From Macrostomum lignano (lineage: Eukaryota): a stretch of 64,000 bases of DNA. The stretch lies in contig NIVC01001377.1 of assembly GCA_002269645.1 (NCBI GenBank), positions 124,001-188,000 on the forward strand, read 5' to 3'. Below are positions 40,201 to 50,474 of this stretch, piece by piece; the first letter of the stretch is position 1, and each line of letters begins with the position of its first letter. The notes under the pieces were generated by a model. It ran no database searches. It was not told the origin of the DNA and saw only the letters and a list, made by a program, of their open reading frames with translations. Both the position numbers and the translations under genes were made by a program.

Positions 40201-42079
40201 TCTAAGTGACCACTTCTTGCAGTAGATTCGTCAGCGTTGATGCAGCAGCGATCTCTGTTTGCTTGGTCAGCGACTTGTGACACGAGAAACTTGATGATTT
40301 CTGAGTGACCATTTCTTGCAGCACGTTCGGCAGCCTTAACGCAACAGCGATCTCTGTTTGCTTGGTCAGCGACTTGTGACACGAGAAACTTGACGACTTC
40401 TAAGTGACCATTTCTTGCAGCAGGTTCGGCAGCCTCGACGCAACAGCGATCTCTGTTTGCTTGGTCAGCGACTTGTGACACGAGAAACTTGACGACTTTC
40501 CGCCGACGATATCTTGCAGCAGGTTTTGCAGCCTCGACGCAGCAGCGATCTCTGTTTGCTTGGTCAGCGACTTGTGACACGAGAAACTTGACGACTTCTA
40601 AGTGACCATTTGTTGCAGCAGATTCAGCAGCTTTGATGCAGCAGCGATCTCTGTTTGCTTGGTCAGCGACTTGTGGCACGAGAAACTTGACGACTTCTAA
40701 GTGACCATTTCTTGCAGCAGGTTCGGCAGCCTCGGCGCAGCAGCGATCTCTGTTTGCTTGGTCAGCGACTTGTGACACAAGAAACTTGACGACTTCTAAG
40801 TGACCATTTCTTGCAGCAGGTTCAGCAGCCTCGACGCAGCAGCGATCTCTGTTTGCTTGGTCAGCGACTTGTGGCACGAGAAACTTGACGACTTCCCACT
40901 CACGATTTCTTGCAGCAGATTCGGCAGCGTCGATGCAGCAGCGATCTCTGTTTGCTTGGTCAGCGACTTGTGGCACGAGAAACTTGACGACTTTTAAGTG
41001 ACCATTTGTTGCAGCAGATTCGGCAGCTTTGATGCAGCAGCGATCTCTGTTTGCTTGGTCAGCGACTTGTGATACGAGAAACTTGACGCCTTCCCACTGA
41101 CCATTTCTTGCAGTAGATTCGGCAGCTTTGATGCAGCAGCGATCTCTGTTTGCTTGGTCAGCGACTTGTGACACGAGAAACTTGATGATTTCTGAGTGAC
41201 CATTTGTTGCAGCAGATTCGGCAGCGTCGATGCAGCAGCGATCTCTGTTTGCTTGGTCAGCGACTTGTGGCACGAGAAACTTGACGACTTCTAAGTGACC
41301 ATTTCTTGCAGCACGTTCGGCAGCCTCGACGCAACAGCGATCTCTGTTTGCTTGGTCAGCGACTTGTGGCACGTGAAACTTGACGAGTTCCCACTCAAGA
41401 CTTCTTGCAGCAGATTCGGCAGCGTCGATGCAGCAGCGATCTCTGTTTGCTTGGTCAGCGACTTGTGGCACGAGAAACTTGACGACTTTTAAGTGACCAT
41501 TTCTTGCAGCAGATTTGGCAGCTTCGATGCAGCAGCGATTTCTGTTTGCTGGGTCAGCGACTTGTGACACGAGAAAATTGACGACTTCTAAGTGACCATT
41601 TCTTGCAGCAGATTCGGCAGCTAAGATGCAGCAGCGATCTCTGTTTGCTTGGTCAGCGACATGTGGCACGAGAAACTTGACGTCTTTTAAGCGACCATTT
41701 GTTGCAGCATCTGCAGCAGCTTGTACGACTTCTAAGTGACCATCTTGTGCAGCCCGTACAGCTTTTTGTGAGATGTCAGTCACGGCTGCTGTCAGAGTGG
41801 CAGATGTCAGTCACGGCTGCTGTCAGAGTGGCAGATGTCAGTCACGGCTGCTGTCAGAGTGGCAGGTGTTTCAAAGGTTTGTGCAGCCGGTTGGCAGAAA
41901 GATTTTACCGCCTCATCTCTCAACTGCCCCCCCCCTTTTGCAGCCTCTGGCGAGGCCACCCCCTGACCACCCCGGCCTGAGCAGCCGAAACTTCTCTCCC
42001 GAGCATGAGCGCTGAGTCCGCCGCCTTCGCCTCTGTGCACCCAGCATGGCAACGGAGAGGCTGCGGCTGCAGCGGCCAC
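19865..42079 (-). CDS. Giant ankyrin-repeat / cGAS-like (Mab-21 family) nucleotidyltransferase fusion. Model: ~42079-23566, 22534-22481, 22250-21880, 21309-19865 (~6,700 aa if indels are corrected)
   Basis: Donors GTGAGT at 23565, 22480 and 21879 and acceptors TTGCAG, TTCCAG and CTGCAG give phases 2/2, 2/2 and 1/1, keeping one frame from the ANK exon to the NTase stop. The 5' end is uncertain, and there are many 1-bp indels between 29.5 and 39.2 kb. Confidence 0.8.
22745..23040. repeat. Intronic 31-bp minisatellite (GAGCCAGAGAGAGCCGTTCGCCCCTGGCAAT), ~9.5 copies
   Basis: GAGCCAG at 22751 and 22782. Lies in the intron between the ANK exon and the 54-nt linker exon. Confidence 0.93.
23566..24160 (-). 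CDS. Unique linker plus ~3 canonical ankyrin repeats closing the ANK exon
   Basis: DSTGATALMLAADAGHHELIEKLIDLGA, DSQGRTALSRACEAGHVRAAKALMDRGA and DGRGLTCAQVA match the ankyrin consensus. Confidence 0.9.
24160..41750 (-). repeat. Coding tandem array of 99-bp / 33-aa ankyrin-like units (VVKFLVSQVADQANRDRCCIDAAESAARNGHLE), ~177 copies
   Basis: 99-bp periodicity over ~17.5 kb. AAxxGHLEVVKFL is the ankyrin helix-turn-helix core. ORFs of 1991, 587, 813, 520 and 889 aa tile the array. Confidence 0.95.
41771..41864. repeat. 31-bp unit x3 (AGATGTCAGTCACGGCTGCTGTCAGAGTGGC) at the 5' end of the ANK ORF
   Basis: AGATGTCAG at 41771, 41802 and 41833. Confidence 0.92.
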
Positions 42080-42582
42080 CCCAAGCTGTACTTGATGAGG
42101 CTGAGCTGACCCATTGTGCCTCAGAGCAGTGTGAGATCGTTAAATGAATTTAATGGCCTACTGAGCGGTGTAAAATGCTGCTCAGTCCCGCAGTGCATCG
42201 GTTTGAGGAGGCGGTCAAATGTACAGAAAATGCATTGTTAAACTGGGTCAGTTTTCTCTCTCACTCTGCACTCTGGCCTTCTTAACTGCAGCAGCTGCAG
42301 AGCATTGGCTGGCTGGCAACAGGGCTCAGGCTCTCTCCCGGCTCTCCTATGCTTTCACCTGTTCCTCTCGTGCGCATCTCAGGCAGTTGAGAGTCTGCTG
42401 GGCTGAGTTTGGCGAGTGCATTTAGCAGCAATAATTGACATTCCTTTGCTTTTCTACAGAAGCCTCTTATCACTGCCGCTCCTTCTGTTTCATGTTTTGA
42501 ACAGGTGGCAACCGGCCCCTGTGGCAGGACTTGGCTTGCAAGCGCAGGCAGAAACTTGCAGTGACGATTCGATTAATGAAAC

Positions 42583-42913
42583 CATCCCTACAGTCACCAT
42601 CCCTACAGTCACCATCCCTACAGTCACCATCCCTACAGTCACCATCCCTACACTCCCATCCCTACAGTCACCATCCCTACACTCCCATCCCTACAGTCAC
42701 CATCCCTACAGTCACCATCCCTACAGTCACCATCCCTACAGTCACCATCCCTACAGTCACCATCCCTACAGTCACCATCCCTACAGTCACCATCCCTACA
42801 GTCACCATCCCTACAGTCACCATCCCTACAGTCACCATCCCTACAGTCACCATCCCTACAGTCACCATCCCTACAGTCACCATCCCTACAGTCACCATCC
42901 CTACAGTCACCAT
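42583..42913. repeat. 15-bp minisatellite (CATCCCTACAGTCAC)
   Basis: Direct periodicity, ~22 copies. Confidence 0.95.
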
Positions 42914-43021
42914 CAGAAATTGGCTTTTGTGTCTGCAATTGCATCATCGAAACTTGAGATTGAAGTCCTCTGACAAGGAAGAGATTGGTGCGACTTGACA
43001 CCAACGACTAGCTTGTAGTTC

Positions 43022-43272
43022 TTATCTGACACCCTCTAGATTTGAGCCCCATCTGACACCCTCTAGATTTGAGCCCCATCTGACACCCTCTAGATTGGCG
43101 CCCCATCTGACACCCTCTAGATTTGAGCCCCATCTGACACTCTCTAGATTTGAGCCCCATCTGACACCCTCTAGATTGACGTCCCATCTGACACACTCTA
43201 GATTGACGTCCCATCTGACACCCTCAAATTGGCGCCCCATCTGACACCCTCTAGATTGGCGCCCCATCTGAT
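43022..43272. repeat. 27-bp minisatellite (ATCTGACACCCTCTAGATTTGAGCCCC)
   Basis: ~9 diverged copies. Confidence 0.9.
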
Positions 43273-43549
43273 ACCCAGTCCAAATCCTGTCGCACAGGTC
43301 CGGTTCAAACGCAGTGCATGCGCCTAAATCGCGGCCTGCCAAGCTGATGGGGTGAGCACGGACTTTCCTGGGCAAACCGAATTCCTATCACCTGTAGCCG
43401 CTGCACGGCGATGTTCCGCAAAGGCTGCTCCGGGCTCTCACGAACCGATGGACCTGCCCGCAATGTACTCTCACCATATCGGTCTCGAGCACCACAGCAG
43501 TGACTCAGAAACGGCAAACAACCCACGCTGCCAGTTTCCGTGCCACTAC

Positions 43550-43960
43550 CCGTCAGGAGACGCTGCAGATTCTCCAGTAGAACGCGGACGGCATCTCCAC
43601 CCGGATCGCTGAGCTGGCGGGCTGTGCCACCAAACTCAAGACGGATGTGATCTTGATCCAGGAATCCAGGAATCTTAATTCGCACGAGCGACATCACCCC
43701 GTTCATTCCCGGTTTCGCCACTTTCCGCGTGGATCGCAAGCATCCTGATGGCGGGGCTGGTCTGCTGACCTTTATTCGAGACCACCTGGCATACAAGCGC
43801 ATCCCAGTTGACACAGCGGAGCCGATCGAGATCTGCCACGTGCGCATATTTCTGAGTGCCAAGAAGGCCCTGCTCGTTGACAACATCAACGTCCCGCCGG
43901 TCCGCGGTTACGAGGAACAAACCGAAGAGCTGTGGAACGCCTTCCCCTCTGACCTGACGT
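43550..43960 (+). mobile_element. Non-LTR retrotransposon APE-type endonuclease fragment (degenerate)
   Basis: LQILQ*NADGI...DVILIQES (N-terminal EEP motifs), then DRKHPDGGAGLLTFIRDHL and IEICHVRI...NINVPP. Contains stops and frameshifts. Confidence 0.75.
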
Positions 43961-44449
43961 CCTCGTTGGTGACTTTAATGCTCACTCGACCACTTTTGAC
44001 TCGGTTTACCCAGCTGATAGCCAGGGGACACTTTCCTGGACTGGGTGAGCGGCACAAGCGGGTATTGAAGCGGCTTTTACTGCACTGCTCTGGGTTGCTA
44101 ATCTGATTTGTGTAAATACTTTTGTATCATTTGCATCGGTGTGTCTGATGTGCAATGTTTACTTTATTGTCCCGTCAGAGGTGCACACACGTACGAGTAT
44201 CTGCAGTGGTCACACACTAATGTTATCAACTTTCCCAAGAGCTTTATGAGAATATATATTTTTGATTTGCTTGACTGTGGCTCTCTCGTGTTTGCCCCAC
44301 AATGCGTGCTTGCGTCACCTTGCAGCTGAGCTCTGCAGCCGCTCCATGTGGCTTTTGGTTCCGCAAATATAAGCCCGATATTTACTCGGATCATACGATT
44401 TGTCTCTTGACTGTCTCCGTGTTGGTTTCGCTTTCAATATTGAGATCCT

Positions 44450-44697
44450 CAGCTCCATCACACAGCTGCCCAGCTCCTCAGCTCCATCACCCACTGCCCA
44501 GATCCTCAACTCTATCACCCAGCTGCCGAGAACCTGAGCTCCATCACCCAGCTGCCCAGATCCTCAGCTCCATCACCCAGCTGCCCAGATTCTCAGCTCC
44601 ATCACCCAGCTGCCGAGAACCTCAGCTCCATCACCCAGCTGCCCAGATCCTCAGCTCCATCACCCACCTGCCCAGCTCCTCAGCTCCATCACCATCC
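44450..44697. repeat. ~29-bp minisatellite (CAGCTCCATCACCCAGCTGCCCAGATCCT)
   Basis: ~8 diverged copies. Confidence 0.85.
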
Positions 44698-45074
44698 TTG
44701 CAGGTCCTCTCACCTATTTTTAAGCACACAAGTTTCCCATATACTTGTGGAGTTTATTGACACCAGTTCCTACGAAATTGACTGCTATAGTTTATCTGCG
44801 AAAAATCTGCAACCGGTTTCAATATTCCTCACTTTCTACTTTCTACTTCATCAGTAGTGTACCTGAACTGTGAGCACAGAAAATGTTCTGAAATTAGCGC
44901 GTATATTTTCGTGAAAGGAGCCAGACTTCCCCTATTATGGGATTAGACACTAGAGCGTACATTCTACTAACTGATCTATACTTAGTAGTGTAGAGCTTTA
45001 GGGGTAGGATGCTTAAGGCTGCTTGTTAGTGTGACAGAGGCGAGTAGCTAGAGTGTCAGAGACTGTCAGGGTGC

Positions 45075-45755
45075 TTGAGCTGGCTCAGAATCTGCTGCTC
45101 AACTGCCTGCTGAGCAGAGCTGGTTAACTGGCTCAGAATCTGCTGCTCAACTGCCTGCTGAGCAGAGCTGGTTAACTGGCTCAGAATCTGCTGCTGAACT
45201 GCCTGCTGAGCACAGCTGGTTAACTGGCTCAGAATCTGCTGCTCAACTGCCTGCTGAGCAGAGCTGGTTAACTGGCTCAGAATCTGCTGCTCAACTGCCT
45301 GCTGAGCAGAGCTGGTTAACTGGCTCAGAATCTGCTGCTCAACTGCCTGCCTGCTGAGCAGAGCTGGTTAACTGGCTCAGAATCAGCTGCTCAACTGCCT
45401 GCTGAGCACAGCTGGTTAACTGGCTCAGAATCTGCTGCTCAACTGCCTGCTGAGCAGAGCTGGTTAACTGGCTCAGAATCTGCTGCTCAACTGCCTGCTG
45501 AGCAGAGCTGGTTAACTGGCTCAGAATCTGCTGCTCAACTGCCTGCTGAGCAGAGCTGGTTAACTGGCTCAGAATCTGCTGCTCAACTGCCTGCTGAGCA
45601 GAGCTGGTTAACTGGCTCAGAATCTGCTGCTCAACTGCCTGCTGAGCAGAGCTGGTTAACTGGCTCAGAATCTGCTGCTCAACTGCCTGCTGAGCAGAGC
45701 TGGTTAACTGGCTCAGAATCTGCTGCTCAACTGCCTGCTGAGCAGAGCTGGCTAA
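45075..45755. repeat. 48-bp minisatellite (CTGGCTCAGAATCTGCTGCTCAACTGCCTGCTGAGCAGAGCTGGTTAA), ~14 copies
   Basis: Direct periodicity. The minus strand is largely open (SSAQQAVEQQILSQLT)n. Confidence 0.95.
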
Positions 45756-45814
45756 CTGAATCGCCTGAACTGGCACTGGAAATCACTCACAAAAATCGCC
45801 CCAAATCGCCCAAG

Positions 45815-46550
45815 GTCGAGACGAAGCGCGCGATGCCCCGCAAAGAAGCCAACAACCCGGAGGCGCACATCCCCACCAAGAAGCTGTTTGTCGGCACCCT
45901 TCGCAAGGACGTCACCGACCAGCTGCTGCGGGACTTTCTCAGCCTACGGCACAATTGTCGACGCGTACATCGTCAGGGACAACGCCACGGGAGACAGTCG
46001 CGGCTTCGGCTTCGTCGTGTTCGATGACTATGACCCCGTGGACAAAGCGATGCTGTACAAGCCTCACCTGCAGCGCGCTGGAGGCTCAGTCAGCATCACG
46101 GACGTGAAGAAAGGCCTCACCAAGGAGGAGCTGGCCAGAGCGCACCTTCTCGAGCAGCAGCAGTCAAGGCATGGAGGCCAACATGGGTGGCCCTCCCGGC
46201 GCTATGATGATGTCAGGCGGTGCCATGGGGCCCTGGGGTCCCATGATGGGCGGCGGCAGCGGACCGAAGCCGCAGTATCAGCAGCAGCAGCAGCAGCAGC
46301 AGCAGCACAGAAAGCAGTCGCAGGCCGCGTCTTCAAAGCCCTTCAAGAGTCCCGCTGGGTCTGGCGGCGGTGGTGGCCCAGGACCCAACGGCATGGGCGG
46401 CCCTGGCGGCTCGATGGGAGGAGAGAAGGGAGGGAGAAGGAGGGAAGGGAGAAGGAGGGAAGGGAGAAGGAGGGAAGGGAGAAGGAGAGAGGGAGCGGGG
46501 GTGGAGGCTGCCGAAGAGCTGCTGCCGCAATGCCTGCAATGGACTTTTGA
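45815..46550 (+). pseudogene. hnRNP A/B-like RNA-binding protein fragment (RRM2 plus Gly/Met-rich tail) with two frameshifts; either a pseudogene or a mis-called gene
   Basis: VETKRAMPRKEANNPEAHIPTKKLFVG (RRM1-RRM2 linker plus RNP2), SRGFGFVVFDDYDPVDK (RNP1), then MGGPPGAMMMSGG. Indels near 45938 and 46167. Confidence 0.75.
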
Positions 46551-47929
46551 ATTTCAAACCTTTTGTTTTCGAGTTTTCCTGTTGGAGAGTTTTTGCGATT
46601 GTGACTCAATGTCAAGACGCTGTCAAATATTTTAATCCTAATGCTCAGGCTGGTTGTCAGTGTCTTGAGATCGCATTGAAACCCTTTAGTGCCGCTCTCC
46701 TAACGTAAGAGAAAATTATTCGGAGATGCGACTGCTGCAACTCAAAACATTGCACTTAATTCCGCGTTGGGGTAACTTGAAAAGTCAATGTTTGCAACGT
46801 ATTTTCACAAAGAGCTCTAAGTTATTTGCGCTTACAAAGCTTATTATGAGTATTTAAGCGTGCTAACTAGCATGATTAAATAAATAATTAATAACCTGCA
46901 GCAACTATGGAAATAGATTCAACTCAGCTGCAGGGAGCTCCGTGCAACCCAATGATCATATATACACAAGATGGGCCACTCACTAATCACTTATGTGGCC
47001 ATAGAAGCTAATGTAAAAAATTTTGCTTCTCGCGACAGCGCAAAAATCAACTACTGAACTCAATTTCGCCAGTAGTCTCTGCAGTGCATGAATAATTCTT
47101 AGTTTGATTGAGTAGCTTTTTATTCAATTCATGAGAAGCTCTGGTAAATTCTCAAAAAATAGTGTCTATGTCCCTAAGCTACTGAACTCATATTTATAAG
47201 CAACCCATGTCGGCTATTTCGCACAAGTGACGAAAAACGGCGGTTGCACTTTCCCTATCACCGCCATACAAAGTGGTCTATTTAGGGAATATAAGATCTA
47301 TGGTGCATCCTGATACAGCGAGGAGGCGTTGCCGCCCCCATTCCGCTAACCCCTGGTGACTACGGGCAGCTGGTGTTGTGTTGTCGCGCAGGGAGATCAA
47401 AATTCGAACCCCGGCCCATATCTTTTCCCCTGCCCGACCGCACTTCGCTCGTAGCCTTGCCAGCGTAACACTCGCGGTGACCTCGTTTGAGTTTGTTGCT
47501 GGCAAGCGCGGTCTAGATAGGAGCTCTTGGTTTTGACTCGGTACGCGACCTCTCGACCCAGTAGGATTTGGCCGGGGGATCTGCGGGACTGTCAAGCCGT
47601 GAGTGTCCTGTGCTGAGAGTAGGACCACGGGATTAGGCCAGAAGTAGGAGCTTCTCCGTTAGTCGTAAAATCTGATTGCCAAATTTCGGTAAATTGCGAA
47701 TCGAATTATCTAATCCTGTGTGAATTTATCGAGAGGCAAGTATACGATTTAAAAGCCCATTATTCATCAGCAGTTAGTATCAAAATCGAGCTATCACTCA
47801 ATCGAAATCAATCTGGAATCATCTTATCCGCGTTATTCATTTACCGTACCTGCGACTATTGGAGAAAGTTTGGTAGGACTCACCGACCGGCGATAGGCAC
47901 ATAGGGATCAATAGTTTTGAAACCTTCGA

Positions 47930-48955
47930 TCACTTTAATAGATTTGTCAAGGGCCAAACTACTTTCTGTATCGCAATATTCATTTTATTACAGCTGGCAG
48001 AGGTTCTCAGGCCTGAAAACGCCGGAGAGGTCCGGGTTTGGGCCGAGATAGGTGAGCCTGTCCTGAGTAAAGGCGGGGCATTCACAGATAAAGTGTTCCG
48101 CATTCTCGATACGGGAGAGGCAGAATGGGCATTCCTCACTGCGGATTTTTCCGCAGTGAAGTTGCAATGAAGTGGCGATGCCTGGCAAAGCAGCCATGAC
48201 CCGAGAGAGCCATGGTCACCGCCCTGATGTCTCTGCGGTTGAGCCCAAGCAGCCGCGTGGGGACAGCCGCGTGGGATTGCCGGCAGTCGGGGGCGTTAGC
48301 CCACCTCTCCCTGTGCTTTGAAGCCACCCACTGGTTGATATGAGTGGTGACAACGGCGGTGGGGGTGGGGGCCCCGGGCAGGGGACCAGTGAAAGAACCG
48401 GTCGAGCCAGCCTTGGCCAGGCGATCGGCCAGCTCGTTGCCGGGGTGGCCCGAGTGCCCAAGGATCCACCTTAGGGACACCTTGCTAGAGGCGCCTAAGC
48501 GGTTGAGCTGCCGGATACAGTCGAGGACTGAACGCTGCTCGTGGTGGTGCGCTCAAGGGCGTGAATCGCCGCTTGACTGTCCGAGTGGAGGGTAATCTCC
48601 TTCTCCCAGACGCGCTGATTGTACAGCTCTATGGCGCAGGAGCTGATGGCGAGAACTTCGTTCTTGAAATCGGTGGAGCAGGTTGCCGGTATGCTGGTAG
48701 AAGTTCTCCCTCACCACAGTTCTCTCTCAAGACACGATGCAGTAGCCATAGCCAGATGCGGAGTTGATTTGGGACCCGTCAGTGAAGCAGTGGATTTCAT
48801 GGGGTTTCCAGTTGTCTTGGCCTTATGACGTTGGCGGAATGCTGGTTTTAAATTTGAGCGGATTGCAGAGAGTGGACAGGATTCCGTCTGAGAGAGTCAG
48901 TAGGCCTCCCGCTGCTTCCAGGTCTCGCAGGCTGAGGTTGCTGTGCGGCCGGAAC
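47930..48955 (-). mobile_element. 5'-truncated non-LTR retrotransposon: RNase H domain plus C-terminal CCHC region
   Basis: [51 protein letters not shown] and CPFC...ENAEHFICECPA. It begins where GPCR copy A's 3' flank diverges from copy B (~48955). Confidence 0.85.
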
Positions 48956-49212
48956 ATGGGTTTACTTTTGCTAATATCAACATGCGAATGATCAGGAGTT
49001 CTTTTCATGGTGACTACTAACAGAAATATGGACACAGAGTTTTGGAATGCCTGAAAATAATTGTCCGTTTATTAGGATATCTTACAACTCATGGATCTCA
49101 ACTGTCTTTTTCATTTGTTAGAATCACAGACAATAAAATATTTCAGTGTTTAGTAGAATCAAGTCGAACTGTCACAATTAACGAGTTCCATTGCAGATCA
49201 GGACTCGCACTA

Positions 49213-50474
49213 TCAACCGCTGTTGCCACCCGTGCTGCTGACATTGGCGCCTCCGCATCTGGGCAGCTGCTTCTTGAACAGCGGAACCCGAACGCAGTAC
49301 ACGGCCCAGCTCAGAGCGCAGTTGACGTAGAACAGATAGTTCAGACACTTTGCCAACGGAAATATCAGTGAAAGAATGTCAGCAGAGTTGTCGGAATCAA
49401 TCAAATTATAGTTTAGTAGGAACACAATAAAGTAAATTACAGCCTTGGGCACGGAGGCGATCAGGTAAACGGCAGCCATGATTATCAGGGTGACGCTGGT
49501 TCGGACCTGACCTTTGCTCGGCTGTTCAGTGACTCCGTAGCGAACTGGACTGTTTTTTATTCGCCAGATGCGATAGCAGAGAAACACGTTAATGACAGCA
49601 AGAAAAATGCCAGGTACGAAACCATTCATCACCAGGTTGGTGTACAGCTGGACAGCTAGACCGACAGCGGGGTCGACAGTCAGGATCACGTAGCAGTACC
49701 GAGCTCCGTAATATTCGTAGGATTCGTACAGCAGAATGCCGTGAACCGACACGATGGCGAAGACGGAGATGAAGAATCCGAGAGCGATGCAGTAGCGGGC
49801 CTTGGTCATGTTCGCCCGATGTTGCAGAGGCCAGACAAGAGCGTACACTCGGTCAGCGGCCATCAGGCATAGCAGGTTCGAGGACAAGCTGTTGCTCAGG
49901 ATCCAGAAGAACGACCAGGTCTTGCAGGCCCAAGTGTAGTTGTGGTGCGGCACGCCTATATTGGGTATAAGGCTCTTAAGTCCGTCAGCCAGGTAATCCT
50001 CGATTAGTAATCTGGAAATTCGATAGAATGCTCCAGTAGTCAATGTAGATTAATTTGTAAGTAAAGTCTGCAACAGAAAACTGAAGCGGGACGCTGCTCG
50101 CAAACTTTTCCCGGTAAAAGCATTGTCAAAAGTGCAACTACGACTATAAACTGCATCGCGAGACCTCTCTCCAGGAAAAAAACGTCGACTTTCAGGCATG
50201 CATTGATTTACACTTCATTCTGAAATAACAACAAAGAGTTCCAATCGGACTCACGAGAAGAGCATGGTAGAGAAGTCTGAGGCCGTGATGGCGCACAAGA
50301 TGAAGTGGCTGCCCTTCAGTTGAGACCGAATCTTAGACACGCAGTAGATGACGAAAATTGCACCAACGGTGGCCACAACAAACAGCGGTGGTGCAATGTA
50401 AATTCGCAGGTTCTTTGATATCAGAATGGCGACTTTGGCAGCCTGAAGGAGCGACGACTGACTTGAAGGCGTCT
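49213..50474 (-). CDS. Class A (rhodopsin-like) GPCR, probable peptide receptor, copy A. Exons 50474-50255 and 50011-49213; start exon not located
   Basis: Seven hydrophobic segments: TM2 LCAITASD, WACK, TM3 LMAADRVYALVWP, TM5 GFVP, TM6 ASVP, TM7 VNCALSWAVY. The phase-2 junction is consistent. Confidence 0.85.

Noticed and set aside
23681-41492. Many short alternative-frame ORFs (MVTQKSSSF..., MTISCSRF..., MTTSHSRF...)
   Set aside because: They are shadows of the ankyrin array in other frames and strands.
24160-41750. CRISPR-like appearance (constant block alternating with a variable block)
   Set aside because: Fixed 99-bp period, variable parts are recurring homologous codons rather than unique spacers, the frame is open on the minus strand, there are no cas genes, and the context is eukaryotic.
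24160-41750. TALE-like DNA-reading repeats
   Set aside because: The unit carries the ankyrin AAxxGHLEVVKFL core, lacks the TALE consensus, and varies at ~10 positions rather than a 2-residue RVD.
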